Both the position numbers and the translations under genes were made by a program. The notes beneath the pieces were generated by a model. That model was not told where the DNA came from, did not search any database, and was given only the letters and a program-made list of their open reading frames with translations. From positions 544,001 through 608,000 of the forward strand of contig OZ254086.1 of NCBI GenBank assembly GCA_965267575.1: a stretch of DNA of 64,000 bases, in the 5' to 3' direction. Every line of letters begins with the position of its first letter. Position 1 is the stretch's first letter. Positions 52,701 to 62,583 of this stretch are shown here, piece after piece. The DNA comes from Calditrichales bacterium (GTDB lineage Bacteria > Calditrichota > Calditrichia > Calditrichales > J004).

Positions 52701-53529
52701 GGAAAGCCGTATTTCCGGTTTTAAATACATGGAACACATAACCGTCAACGGTAATGGAACTGAGCTTTTTGGGTAAAGCTTTATTGCTAACATCAATAAT
52801 CCACAGACCATCCGCGCCGTTGGCCACATAGGCGATATCGTTATCTACCTGGACAACCTTGGCGTAGCGCATGCCGGGAAACTGACCGATGCGCTCGGGC
52901 TTTGCGGCGGAAGTAACATCAAGGATCTGTAAACCGTTGCTCTTGTCGGCCACATAAAGTGTCTTGTCCACAAGATACAGGCCCCAGGCCCAGTCGGCTG
53001 TATCGTAACGGCCCACTTCAATAGGCTTGGCAGGATTGCTTACATCATAAATGTGCACACCACGGGTTTCTTCAGCCACATATACATAAGGCTCGGAAGC
53101 AACGACCCAGAGGGCATCACCTTCGGTATTAATGCGTCCGATTTCCTTGATATTTGCGGGGTCCGAAACATCCAGTATGGTTACACCATATAGCTCGCTT
53201 GACAAGTAGGCCCTGTCGTTTTCAACAAAACAGTTATGCGAGCGGTCTTCGGTAAAAAAGGTGCCAAGCTCCACGGGGTTTTGCAGATCGGATACATCCA
53301 CAACCTGAAGACCGGACCAGACATTGGTAATGTAAAGCTTATCGTCGTTAAAAAAGACATTGACAATACCGTCCTGCACCTGCTCTCCGGAAACGATGCG
53401 CATGGGTTCGATTTCACTTATGTATTCGGCGCTGGCCTGCTGCGCCTGCAAAGCCGTCACCGGTAAAAGCAGTAAGAACGCAAATAACGTTCTAAATCCG
53501 GTTTTTGCATGGACATTAAAAATAGACAT
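49702..53529 (-). CDS. Large secreted protein: LVIVD beta-propeller plus ten Ig/cadherin-like repeats
   Basis: YVA....GL.I.DVS.P repeats, then ten roughly 95-aa units (N.PP...DPD.ED...LP.GA.F...WTP..Q.G.Y). Confidence 0.9.
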   Translation of the reverse strand: MSIFNVHAKTGFRTLFAFLLLLPVTALQAQQASAEYISEIEPMRIVSGEQVQDGIVNVFFNDDKLYITNVWSGLQVVDVSDLQNPVELGTFFTEDRSHNCFVENDRAYLSSELYGVTILDVSDPANIKEIGRINTEGDALWVVASEPYVYVAEETRGVHIYDVSNPAKPIEVGRYDTADWAWGLYLVDKTLYVADKSNGLQILDVTSAAKPERIGQFPGMRYAKVVQVDNDIAYVANGADGLWIIDVSNKALPKKLSSITVDGYVFHVFKTGNTAFLANETERRLDIIDVTNPSNPVKEGDYQAESKVFSSWKNDVYVFVAADNKTIIVRHNHPPVITKLDNMTVDENTPLIFSAQAYDPDGDAYYFEIENLPEGAVFDSLSGAFNWTPTYDQSGSYPAVKISVIERTGSALSTSTTFDITVNHVNRNPVLPDVADAGGPENSAISFTLEEGSDPDVEDKGRLTYSAQNMPMGATFNPETRTFSWTPTFEQSGVYTVDFLIHDPAGGVYRDGATITVDHVDRKPVLEPLADATINEAEQLQLTLSGQDPDQEDQDKLSYRAENLPEGATFDAQTATFSWTPTYDQSGTYEDILFIFQAGALSDSSTLTVTVNHVNRPPVLDAIANQQTDENAPLSFTISGSDPDVEDAGKLVYTAQNLPQGATFDQDSLVFNWTPGFDQSGTYDNVGFTVSDPAGLQSSQTLTITVDHVNRTPALAAIAAQSVDENSLLTIELQGSDPDIEDQGNLQYSIDALPDGAQLQGSTFTWTPGFTQSGEYPVVFSVTDDEFIVTQGTTITVNHVNRPPVLDSLVAQSVDENQPLQFSVSASDPDEEDAGQWQLSVRDLPEGAVFDAATGGFTWTPKFEQSGSYTPVFVVADPVGATDELTVPITVNHVNRTPQFEALQAQTVDENSQLTVSIPPATDPDAEDQGQLTYTATNLPQGAVFDEASLQLTWTPGYDQSGNYTTTIVVSDGEFQVEQPLEITVNHVNRAPLISAVQNQVVDENTPWQVALDESDLDAEDQGVITVTVENLPEGATFDEGSRTISWTPGYNDSGVYPGITATVTDPAGLSASISFDLTVNHVNRPPQIDDPGAQTVGETETLTFAVTASDPDQEDEGKLTFSAAGLPQGAEFTADGSFSWTPGYDQSGEYNINISVSDGTIESTLQVPVTVNNLNREPSITGPPRGTVQVGQTLSLNFRSEDPDNDDLSYELTGAPDGMTISGGTLSWTPQAGQEGSYTVSVIVSDGEATAEAAVTIEAKPAPVPVPADTSQSE

Positions 53530-53724
53530 TTTTTATGCTCCTGCTAAGGAAGTAGGTTGTTGGTTTTCAATTTGGGCAGCCAAAAATTTCTGCACCAAAC
53601 CATCTCTGTTTTTGCGAGAACAAATCGTCCTGATTTTCGACAAACTGCGGTTACTCTTTAAAGATGACAATCATTAAAGTTATATAAGGTCAGGCAGCAA
53701 AGCTTATCCGTAAAGGTAAGAAAT

Positions 53725-54978
53725 TCAATGACCGGATTCTACGATTTCGCTAAGAAAAGAGTGATACTGCTCAGCCAGGCGGCTGCGCTCGTATTTGGCG
53801 ATTTCCGGCTGATCGGGCTTTGGAAGCGAGCGCTTTTCCATCCAGCCAATAATACAATCACAAATGGCCCGCGTGTTTTGCGGATCGATCACTTTGCCGG
53901 CATTGCAGGCGTTGATCAGATCGGCCGCTGCACCCCGTTCCGGCACAAGCGCCAAAACCGGCTTAGTAAGCCTTAAGTATTCATATACCTTACCGCCGAT
54001 TGTATTCCCCGCATGGCGGTGGCGGCTATCCAAAATGAAACAGAAAGCGGACATGGCATTAAGGATTGACAACGCCCGTGGGTGCTCTTTATAACCCCAC
54101 TCCACCAAGATGTCGCCCAGCCCGAAACGTTCCGCCGTTTTCCTGAGCGGATACGCCGAACTCCCGATGTGGTGAAAACGCAATCGTTTATATAAATGCG
54201 GGGCCTGCGTCTTGAGATATGCAAATGCCTTAAATAATGGTCGGGGATGATTCAGATGCGAATAAAACGTGCCTGAAAAAGCCAGATGAAAACAGTCTTT
54301 TTCAAGTTCCACATACTCCAGTCCGTCAAAGTCAGCTTCATCATAGCCGTTGGGTATAACCGCTATTTTATGTGAGGCGCTGTCCGCAAACGGGGCGACA
54401 GGCCCGCTATAAGCAGAGACAATGAAAGGCAGTTTCCGGAGCGTTCTTTTTTCCAGGTGCCGGTCTATTAACCTGTGCAAAGGTGTCGGGTGGATTTTGT
54501 AAGGATTGTCCGACCAGGGATCGCGCATGTCCAGCACAAGAGGCGCGGAAATATGCCCGGCCAGTTGCGCAGCACTAAGGGCCAGGCTATATGGCGGTAT
54601 GCTGAACAAAACAATATCATACTTTTTATCGCTCAGCTTTTCACTTACGGCATCTATGGTATTAACCGACCATTTTTTTCGCGAATCGGGAAGGTAAAGC
54701 AGGGATGAAAGCCAGCGCAGTAAAAAACCGGGCCTGAACAGGCCAAGCATTTTTCCAGCCGGCGCCTTAAACGGTATACGGCGCACATCCAGGTCGCCGG
54801 GAAGCTCGGCCAGCAGCGTGGGGTCATGCGGCTGCAAGGCGTTTTTCTCGTCTGCGCAAATAACACTGAACTTCCAGCCCCGTCCTGAAAGGTATTTAAT
54901 CAGTTTGGAAAGACGCTGAACACCTCCGCCACCGGTGGGCGGAAAGTAATATGTTACAATCAGGCACTTTCTATCCAC
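53725..54978 (-). CDS. GT4-like glycosyltransferase
   Basis: YYFPP..GGGVQR, DMRDPW, IPNGYD, GKVYEYL. Confidence 0.88.
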   Translation of the reverse strand: MDRKCLIVTYYFPPTGGGGVQRLSKLIKYLSGRGWKFSVICADEKNALQPHDPTLLAELPGDLDVRRIPFKAPAGKMLGLFRPGFLLRWLSSLLYLPDSRKKWSVNTIDAVSEKLSDKKYDIVLFSIPPYSLALSAAQLAGHISAPLVLDMRDPWSDNPYKIHPTPLHRLIDRHLEKRTLRKLPFIVSAYSGPVAPFADSASHKIAVIPNGYDEADFDGLEYVELEKDCFHLAFSGTFYSHLNHPRPLFKAFAYLKTQAPHLYKRLRFHHIGSSAYPLRKTAERFGLGDILVEWGYKEHPRALSILNAMSAFCFILDSRHRHAGNTIGGKVYEYLRLTKPVLALVPERGAAADLINACNAGKVIDPQNTRAICDCIIGWMEKRSLPKPDQPEIAKYERSRLAEQYHSFLSEIVESGH

Positions 54979-55610
54979 GTCTGCTGTTCCAGGTCTTTGA
55001 TAGGCTGATAAATCAACTGAAAATCATCTTCGTTATTTTCAAAATCGCGGCCAGCCGTCTCAATGGTGACGACATGAAAACCGGACTCTTTTGCCCTGTC
55101 GATCCAGTTGTCGTAAGCATCATTCAGGCGTTTAAGGTATACCGGATCGATGGTTTTTTCATACTCCCGGCCACGCATGGCGATGTGTTTTAACAGTCTG
55201 TCCACCGGTGAGCGCAGGTATAGTATAAGATCGGGCTGCCGCAGGTATTGTACCATGGTCGAAAAAAGCTCGCGGTAGTTGTTGTAATCGCGGTCGCTCA
55301 TAAAGCCCTGCTTGTGCAGCGTATGCGCAAAAATCTCCACGTCTTCATAAATCGATCGGTCCTGGATGCAGGAATCCGGCCAGTCGGTAATTTCTTTCTG
55401 GCTTTTAAAACGGTTGGATAAAAAGAAAACCTGCAGGTGAAAGCTCCAACGCTTCATATCCCCGTAAAAATCGGAAAGATAGGGATTGTCGATTACTTTT
55501 TCGAAATAGGCGCGCCAGCCCAAACGCTCGCTCAGTTTTGCGGTAAGTGTGGTTTTTCCCACGCCAATATTGCCGGCTACGGCCACAAAAAGTTTTCGCT
55601 TCTTTGGCAC
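54960..55610 (-). CDS. Deoxynucleoside kinase
   Basis: GNIGVGKTT, DRSIYED, RGREYE. Confidence 0.93.
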   Translation of the reverse strand: MPKKRKLFVAVAGNIGVGKTTLTAKLSERLGWRAYFEKVIDNPYLSDFYGDMKRWSFHLQVFFLSNRFKSQKEITDWPDSCIQDRSIYEDVEIFAHTLHKQGFMSDRDYNNYRELFSTMVQYLRQPDLILYLRSPVDRLLKHIAMRGREYEKTIDPVYLKRLNDAYDNWIDRAKESGFHVVTIETAGRDFENNEDDFQLIYQPIKDLEQQTWIESA

Positions 55611-55683
55611 TCCACTGTCTCCATATATAAAAAAAGCAATGTACTAAATGCGCAGGAAATGTAGCAACCGGCAGAAGAAACAA

Positions 55684-57213
55684 TCAATTAAACTCAAATA
55701 CGAGGTTGGTATAAAAGCGTACCGGCACCCCCTTGATCGTGCCGACCCGGAAGCGGAATTCGCGCGCCGATTCCATGGCAAGGCGATCAAGGTAGGGATT
55801 AATACCCCGTATCACCGATGCGTTTTCGACCCGCCCGTCCTTGCTAACCACCGCACGGATGATCACCTTGCCTTTAAACTGGCTTAAAGAGGGGTCCGTA
55901 ACCTGAGGTACTCTTTTCCGCAGTACCTCACGCTTTTCGTCGAGGAAGGTCTCCAGGAATATCTGGTCGTAATTGATCGGCACATTCTCAACATCATTGT
56001 CTGCCTGTGCCAGAGCGTTTTCTGAAGCGGGGTTTTCCAGCCTGCTGGGAGGTGTATTGAGCAGTTGCGGATTGTTGTTCTGCCTCGCCGCGGATTGTTC
56101 CGTATTTGCCTCAGCAGGGACGTTTTCAGCATCTTCTGCGTCTTGCGGCGTAAGTGTGTTACCGTCTGTACCCGTTGTTCCTGCCGGATTGCTGCGGTTC
56201 TGAGCGGTGATCTCTTCTGCTGGCCCCGGCGGCGTTTGTGCAGTATTATTGCCTCCCTGCTGAGCTCCTGTTTCACCGGGCTGCGCGTTCTGCGACGCAA
56301 GCCGGTTGTCTTCAGGAGATGCCTGGGACAAACGGATCAGCTCATCGAGGTTGGTTTCACCAAGAATAGGTTCAACATCAATCTGGCCGTATCGCTGTTC
56401 ATCATTACCGTCATAAATCCGCTCGGCGATAAGTTCCCGGTTGGCGCTGCCACCCCAGAAATTGTTTTCAGCCAGCAATGTCATGGAAGTATGGTTGTAG
56501 AGATCAAACTCGGCGTTATCAAATATGCGGTTTTTCCCCTCATTATAATCATCCCCTTCTGCGGTATTGCCCAGATTTGGCTGGGCCATGCTGAAAGCGA
56601 TCACGCCAATCTGGTTCAATGAAATCAGATTCTGCGATAAAACCGGTTTGGCGCCCAGACTGGCAATTATCCCCGCATAGCCGTTTTCGGAAATAATATT
56701 TTTTAAAAGCCGCGGAGTGGCTTTTACCTCTGCTACGATGCCGGCATTGTAATTAAGGCGGATCTGGGAGTTGCGGATCATTGGGCTGCTTTTTTTAATG
56801 CTGATACCGTTAAAGGCATATTCCACGACGCAGAAATCCATAATCGACATCTGTTTGGGGCTCAGAAAAACGATACCATACCAGTCCCCCATCCGCCTGT
56901 CTTCGGAATATGAGGAGAAGAAAATATTATTGCCCAGCTCGCCCTTTGCCGTCAGGCGTCCTTTAACGATCAGTTCGCTGCGCGTTTTATCCTGTCCACT
57001 TTGACGGGCATCGGACTGAGGTTTGAATAGTATGCGTGTACCGGGCTCTATCGTCAGCAAAGCGTCCGGGGCAATTTCCACATCACCCTCAATTATGACG
57101 GTTCCGCTCCAGATCTCCTTGCTGGTGATCGTTTTACCGGTTATCACCTGGCGTTGCGCAAAAAGCTCTGCGCAGAACAGCAACAGCAGAGCGATGGTTA
57201 TAACGTATTTCAT
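55684..57213 (-). CDS. Secreted right-handed beta-helix protein with C-terminal TonB_C domain
   Basis: Signal peptide MKYV...ELFA/Q; N.I..N..GI repeats; acidic linker; GKV...VSKDGRV.....RG...LD..A...F. Confidence 0.8.
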   Translation of the reverse strand: MKYVITIALLLLFCAELFAQRQVITGKTITSKEIWSGTVIIEGDVEIAPDALLTIEPGTRILFKPQSDARQSGQDKTRSELIVKGRLTAKGELGNNIFFSSYSEDRRMGDWYGIVFLSPKQMSIMDFCVVEYAFNGISIKKSSPMIRNSQIRLNYNAGIVAEVKATPRLLKNIISENGYAGIIASLGAKPVLSQNLISLNQIGVIAFSMAQPNLGNTAEGDDYNEGKNRIFDNAEFDLYNHTSMTLLAENNFWGGSANRELIAERIYDGNDEQRYGQIDVEPILGETNLDELIRLSQASPEDNRLASQNAQPGETGAQQGGNNTAQTPPGPAEEITAQNRSNPAGTTGTDGNTLTPQDAEDAENVPAEANTEQSAARQNNNPQLLNTPPSRLENPASENALAQADNDVENVPINYDQIFLETFLDEKREVLRKRVPQVTDPSLSQFKGKVIIRAVVSKDGRVENASVIRGINPYLDRLAMESAREFRFRVGTIKGVPVRFYTNLVFEFN

Positions 57214-57257
57214 AAATACTCTGCGGGGGTACCGCTTTTGGTCCGTCCTTAACAACA

Positions 57258-60200
57258 TCAACGGCCGGTCTCAATAAACTCCGTTATCGCGTTAAGCAGG
57301 TCTTTTTCTTTAAAAGGTTTTACGAGAAAGTCATTTGCACCTAGATCGGTTCCGGCCTGGCGGTGTTTCATACCGGCCCTTCCCGTTAAAATAATAATCG
57401 GCAGATTTTTGTATTTCTCCTGGCTGCGAATACTGCCGATCAATTCAAATCCATGCATCTTGGGCATCTCAAGGTCGGTAATGACCAGATCGACTGTTTC
57501 TTCGCTGATCTTTTTCAGCGCTTCTTCACCATTTGTGGATTTAATTGTAGTAAAACCGTTCCGTTCCAGAATAGAACCCACAAAATTCCGCACGCTGTTG
57601 GAGTCATCCACAATCAGAATTGCCGGCTTGCGATCGCTGATCTCGCGCTTTCCGGCGGCAGCTTCACCCCTGCCTGCTTTCTTTTCTTTGGCCGGTTTCT
57701 CTTTTTCCGGAGCCGGGGCTACCGGGGCCACACTGCTCTTGCGCGAACTTAGACGCTCGGCCACTTTCCCGAAGAAATGCTTTTCAATTGTGCGGATTAC
57801 TAACGCGTAGTCGAGTATCAGCGCAACTTCGCCATTGGCCATAATGGTACCGCCGGCAACGTAGTCCACATTTTGCAGATGGCTGCCCAGGCTCTTTATA
57901 ACGATCTCACGCCGACCGATGATCTCATCGACGCCAAGCGCCATGCTGACACCGGCATCATAAATAACAATAGCCATGCGCTCTTCGAATTCGGCCTGTG
58001 GCGTATCTTCGCCAAAACGCAGCAAATCACCGAGAAAGACAAAGGGCAGCAATCTGCCACGCACACGGATATATTTTTTTCCGCCGTCTTCAACTATTTC
58101 GGCAGACTTATATTGCACAGATTCCTGAACAGCTATAACAGGTATCGCGATCGTCTGGAAATTGACCTTGACCATCAACGCCTGTGAGATAACCAGCGTC
58201 AGCGGCACCCTTAGACTGAAAGTGGTTCCGACATTCTTTTCGGTTTTTACACGGATATTGCCCTTTAATTTCTGAAGCTGATTGGCAACGGCATCCAGGC
58301 CGATTCCGCGGCCGGAAACATTACTTGCCTCCTCCCGTGTGCTAAAGCCGGGGTAGAAAATAAAATCCAGAATCTCTGCTTCGCTGAGATTGTCTATCTC
58401 CTGCGGATCGGCCAGGTTTTGCTCGATGGCTTTTTGCTTGACACTGTCAATATCAATACCGCAACCGTCATCCTCAATATTGATCACGATCTGGTTTTTA
58501 TCCTGGTGCGCTTTAAGAACAAGCGTGCCCGTTTCCGACTTCTTGTTTTTTTTGCGCTCTTCCGGCAGTTCCAGGCCGTGGTCAATCGCGTTGCGGATAA
58601 TGTGCAGAATCGGCTCGGAAAGACCCTCCACCATGGCCCTGTCCATCTCAGTATTGTTGTCCTCGATGATCAGGTTAACCTTTTTTTTCTGCTCTTTGGA
58701 CATATCGCGAACAGCGCGGGGATATCGGTTAAACAGGTTTTCCACCGGCACCATACGTGTTTTAAGAATATCATTGTGCAATATCTTGCTGAGGCTGCCG
58801 ATGCGGCTGATATTCTGCTCAAAACTTTCGGTGATCTTGTTAAGATCGGAATGGATCAGGTCTACGGTACGAACAACATCGCGGATATTCTGAGAAAGCT
58901 TTTTGACGTCCTGTTCACGGCCCGGCTTTTCCGCTTCCTCTATCGTTTTGCGCAGGCTATATTCCAGGGCATCCTCAATGGCGCTGTCGGCGCCGCGGAT
59001 TTGTTTCTTTTCTCCTTCAATTTCCGACAGCATCTCTTTTAAAGCCTGCAGATGGTTGCCAAGCTGGCTCTGGTTTATCATCAGTTCGGAGGCCATATCC
59101 ACAAGCTTGTCCATATACTCCGTGTTAATCCGCAGGATATTTTCGTCGTCGCTGCGCCTTTGTTTGGTAGGCCTTGGGGCGCTTGTTGCCGCGCTGCTCT
59201 CGGCCACTTCCTGAGTTGCTTCGCCCATGTCCTGGTATAAGAACATCTTATTGTCAATTTCTGCCAGGCGTGCCGTGTAATTGTCCACCTCCTCGCCGTC
59301 GCCCGCAGCAATCGAATCTACCATATCACTCATCAGGTCAAGGGCGGAAAAAACAGGATCGAGCATTTCGTTTTTACGGCTGCTCTCGCTTTGTTTAAAC
59401 AGCTGCAGGTAATCTTCCAGCTTATGAGCCAGATCGCCCAGCCTGCTGAATTTGGAAATGTAGGCGCTGCCCTTTAACGTGTGCGTACGGCGTAGGATGT
59501 TGGCCAGAAGCATCTCACTTTCCGGCATTTTTTCCAGCTCCAGATAATCTTTGTCAAGACCGCTGAGCAGTTCCTTGGCCTCATCGACAAAAATCTCCAG
59601 CATGTTTTCGGGAAGCTCTTCTTCTTCGGGAGCTGCCGCTGCTTCGGGCTGCTTTTGCGGCTGGACACTTAAACTGCCCGGATCCAGCGATTGCGCTATT
59701 TGAGCAATCTGCTCTGAATCTATTTCTTGGCCCGTGCTTAACTGCTGCAGCACATCCAGAGCATCCGCCACGGCATCATGCACATCGCCGGAGAAAAGAA
59801 GACTTTTTGTCTCCAGGCCTTCTCCAAGTATTTCCAGCTTGTCGGCGATTTGCGTCACGTCGGTAAAGCCCAGCATCTTGGAAGCGGATTTCAGGGAATG
59901 GGCAGCGTGACTTAAATTCTTGATCGCTTCATCGTTGGAGCTGTCATCCAGCAATACACGGTTGGCTTCCTGAAGGGTGGTAATAAAATTGGCCGATTCC
60001 TCACGGAAGATCTCAAGCAGCTCTTCATCTTCTTCTTCACCGGCAAACAGAGGCTTTTCCTCGGGCCTGGCTTGTTTTTCGCCGGCTTTTTCCCTGCCTT
60101 CCCTGGCAATTTCAAAGGGCTTGTCGGCCTCAGCGCTTTTGGCCGTTTCCTCGAGCATGGCTTTGTCCAGCCAGGCGTCCATGCGCTCAACCATATCCTG

Positions 60201-62576
60201 GACATTCACATTTTCTTCTTCAACGCTTTTGCGAAGCAATTCGTAGGCATCGCGCAGGTCTGCGGACAACTCATCCGGCAACGGCAAATCACTCTGCCCG
60301 AAAAGCTCGGCAATGTCTTCAATGGAGGCGGCCAGCCTTGAAATATTGGAAAGGTTAAGAAGGTGTGCACCGGAACGAATGGAGTGGCAGGCGTTTTCAA
60401 TTTTTTCCAGCTCAAAGCGATCGCCGTTTTCGGCAAAAGCATCTATACTTTGCTGAAACGTTTCCAGGTGCTCCGTAGCTTCCTGGCGGAACAGGGCACG
60501 ATCGTCTTCTTCTTCACTTATCGTTTCTTCTTTTTCTTCAGCACTTTCCGCTACAAGCTCTTCCCCGGCTTCTTCTGCCGCTTCGCTCTCCTGAGCTTCT
60601 TCTTCAACAGGCTCAGCCGCCTGTTCAGCGGGTTGCCCGGCATCGCCAATCACCTCGCTCAGCACCTCAACGATGTCATCACCATTACCGGTGGCGCCCT
60701 GGTAACTGATACGATCGCATAATAGTTTGAAAGAACTGACAAACTCGGCAGCAATCTCCTGGTCAAAGGGCGACTGCGCCGCACGATGGAGGTTTTCGCT
60801 AAAGAAAGCCAGCGCATTCCCGTAACCCGTATAGCCCATGGAAGTGAGATTTGTCTCTATGTGCAGCACAATGTCAAGCGCCTCGTCGGTTGCCTCGCCG
60901 CGGAAACCTTCCTGCAAAGCGTTTTCGTTTTTCTGCAGCAGCCTGCGGATACTTTCATGCAGGGCCTTGCGCGCCTCTTCCGCTTCAAAGCCGTAGCCGG
61001 CGTCATCCAGCACACGCTGTATCAAAGCGGAAATACTGTCCTTCAGACCGTCTTCCAGAACCGCCGGATAACCGTCGGCCAGCTTTTGCCAGATTTCATT
61101 GATCTCGCTTTCGTAAATTTGCGGCTCCTCAGTATCGGCCAACACCTCGGCCAGGCGGCGCATGGGCACCGTAAAATGTGAAATAAGCTGCTCATCAAAA
61201 AAGATGCTGTTGCTGTCCAGCACATCCAGCCAGGAAGCCAGGTCGCGTTGTTGCGGATTTCGTGCTATATCAGCCAGAAAACCACCCAGCACTTCGTCAA
61301 AAGATTCATCTCCGGCAGCGAACAGCTCTTCCTGCGATTCTGCTTCCCGCTGCTCTTCAGCTGCTTCTTCAACAGCTTCTGCGGCATGCTCCTCAGCTTC
61401 TTCTTCCATGGTCTGTTCTTCGGGCACTGTCGCCTCTGCCGTTTCCGGCAGCGCCTCGCCGGGGCCGCTCATGGATTCGGCGAAAGAGCTTATTTTTAGC
61501 TTCAGCCGTTCAAGGCTTTCCTGGGTACTGTTTTCCTTGGAAAAATTCTCGGTATGACGGATCTCATCAAAGATGGAGCGCAACTGTCCCAGCGCGCTTT
61601 CATTCAAAACAGCGCCATCATCCACTTTTTCGCGGGCGGCATTGGCCAGGTGATGGGCAACAAGCTCAAGTCCGGTATATCCGTGGATCATACTCACTTC
61701 TTTCAGGTTCTTGAAAAAGCCCACAAGCTGCTTAAGCTGATCCTCACGGTTCAGGTCGCTCAGCGGGCGATCCAGAAAACGGCCCACGTCGGCCAGCCAC
61801 TCATCCACTTCAGACTGAAAGTATTCCTGCAAAAGCGAATCGATGCTGGTTTTGGATTTTTCGGTTTTTTCAGCTTTAGCCGGCGCCAGAGACGCGCTAT
61901 CCCGGGCAGCTTTTATCAGCTCCGGCTCCTGTTTGTTAAGATCGCTAATCTGGCCGCGCAGCTTTTTAAGCTGTTCATCAAGTTTGTCGTACTGCGATGC
62001 ATGGGGCTGACCGTTTACCGTGATATGCGAGGCGTTTTCCACCAGCGGCTTAAAACGCTCGTCCACCTTTTGCGCGCCCTTACCCTGCGCCTGGTCAAGA
62101 ATAATACCAACCAGCTTTTTATCCTGGTCATTTTCAAAGTGCTTATCGATCGACTTTTCCAGTTCCTGGCGGTAAAAGTCGTTGAACGAGATTTCCTCTG
62201 CTTCTTCCGCGGCAACACCCACAACGCGGCGAATGGCCTGCAGGTTAGGCTCTTCTTCAAGCAGCAATACATAGAGATCAACAAAATCATTGGCAAGCTC
62301 AGGCAGCGAATTGTAAACAACTTTCAGACCGTAATCGTTGGCCCGCTCTATCAGGTCGAAAAGGAAAATGGCCAGGTCATTGGTGTTCTGCTCGCGGGCC
62401 AGGCCTTCCAGCCCTTCCACAATGCTATCGTAATTGATCAGCTTGCTGGCCAGCTTATCCATCAGCTCATATTTTTCCTGATCCGTGCGGCCCTTCAGTT
62501 TTTCCAGTGCCAGGCCAAACAGCTCAATCATGTAAAAAATATTGAAGCTTAGCGCTTTCTCTTTCGGAATATTCAT
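57258..62576 (-). CDS. ChpA-like hybrid chemosensory kinase (multiple Hpt, HATPase, CheW, REC)
   Basis: HSIRSG, HSLKS, HTLKG; RNAIDHG, DDG.G, FST...SGRGIGL; CheW; C-terminal receiver (TDLEMP). Confidence 0.93.
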   Translation of the reverse strand: MNIPKEKALSFNIFYMIELFGLALEKLKGRTDQEKYELMDKLASKLINYDSIVEGLEGLAREQNTNDLAIFLFDLIERANDYGLKVVYNSLPELANDFVDLYVLLLEEEPNLQAIRRVVGVAAEEAEEISFNDFYRQELEKSIDKHFENDQDKKLVGIILDQAQGKGAQKVDERFKPLVENASHITVNGQPHASQYDKLDEQLKKLRGQISDLNKQEPELIKAARDSASLAPAKAEKTEKSKTSIDSLLQEYFQSEVDEWLADVGRFLDRPLSDLNREDQLKQLVGFFKNLKEVSMIHGYTGLELVAHHLANAAREKVDDGAVLNESALGQLRSIFDEIRHTENFSKENSTQESLERLKLKISSFAESMSGPGEALPETAEATVPEEQTMEEEAEEHAAEAVEEAAEEQREAESQEELFAAGDESFDEVLGGFLADIARNPQQRDLASWLDVLDSNSIFFDEQLISHFTVPMRRLAEVLADTEEPQIYESEINEIWQKLADGYPAVLEDGLKDSISALIQRVLDDAGYGFEAEEARKALHESIRRLLQKNENALQEGFRGEATDEALDIVLHIETNLTSMGYTGYGNALAFFSENLHRAAQSPFDQEIAAEFVSSFKLLCDRISYQGATGNGDDIVEVLSEVIGDAGQPAEQAAEPVEEEAQESEAAEEAGEELVAESAEEKEETISEEEDDRALFRQEATEHLETFQQSIDAFAENGDRFELEKIENACHSIRSGAHLLNLSNISRLAASIEDIAELFGQSDLPLPDELSADLRDAYELLRKSVEEENVNVQDMVERMDAWLDKAMLEETAKSAEADKPFEIAREGREKAGEKQARPEEKPLFAGEEEDEELLEIFREESANFITTLQEANRVLLDDSSNDEAIKNLSHAAHSLKSASKMLGFTDVTQIADKLEILGEGLETKSLLFSGDVHDAVADALDVLQQLSTGQEIDSEQIAQIAQSLDPGSLSVQPQKQPEAAAAPEEEELPENMLEIFVDEAKELLSGLDKDYLELEKMPESEMLLANILRRTHTLKGSAYISKFSRLGDLAHKLEDYLQLFKQSESSRKNEMLDPVFSALDLMSDMVDSIAAGDGEEVDNYTARLAEIDNKMFLYQDMGEATQEVAESSAATSAPRPTKQRRSDDENILRINTEYMDKLVDMASELMINQSQLGNHLQALKEMLSEIEGEKKQIRGADSAIEDALEYSLRKTIEEAEKPGREQDVKKLSQNIRDVVRTVDLIHSDLNKITESFEQNISRIGSLSKILHNDILKTRMVPVENLFNRYPRAVRDMSKEQKKKVNLIIEDNNTEMDRAMVEGLSEPILHIIRNAIDHGLELPEERKKNKKSETGTLVLKAHQDKNQIVINIEDDGCGIDIDSVKQKAIEQNLADPQEIDNLSEAEILDFIFYPGFSTREEASNVSGRGIGLDAVANQLQKLKGNIRVKTEKNVGTTFSLRVPLTLVISQALMVKVNFQTIAIPVIAVQESVQYKSAEIVEDGGKKYIRVRGRLLPFVFLGDLLRFGEDTPQAEFEERMAIVIYDAGVSMALGVDEIIGRREIVIKSLGSHLQNVDYVAGGTIMANGEVALILDYALVIRTIEKHFFGKVAERLSSRKSSVAPVAPAPEKEKPAKEKKAGRGEAAAGKREISDRKPAILIVDDSNSVRNFVGSILERNGFTTIKSTNGEEALKKISEETVDLVITDLEMPKMHGFELIGSIRSQEKYKNLPIIILTGRAGMKHRQAGTDLGANDFLVKPFKEKDLLNAITEFIETGR

Positions 62577-62583
62577 TTAAACC

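Noticed and set aside
53530-53724. Riboswitch in the leader of the adhesin gene
   Set aside because: No convincing c-di-GMP or other aptamer consensus; an Rfam scan would settle it.
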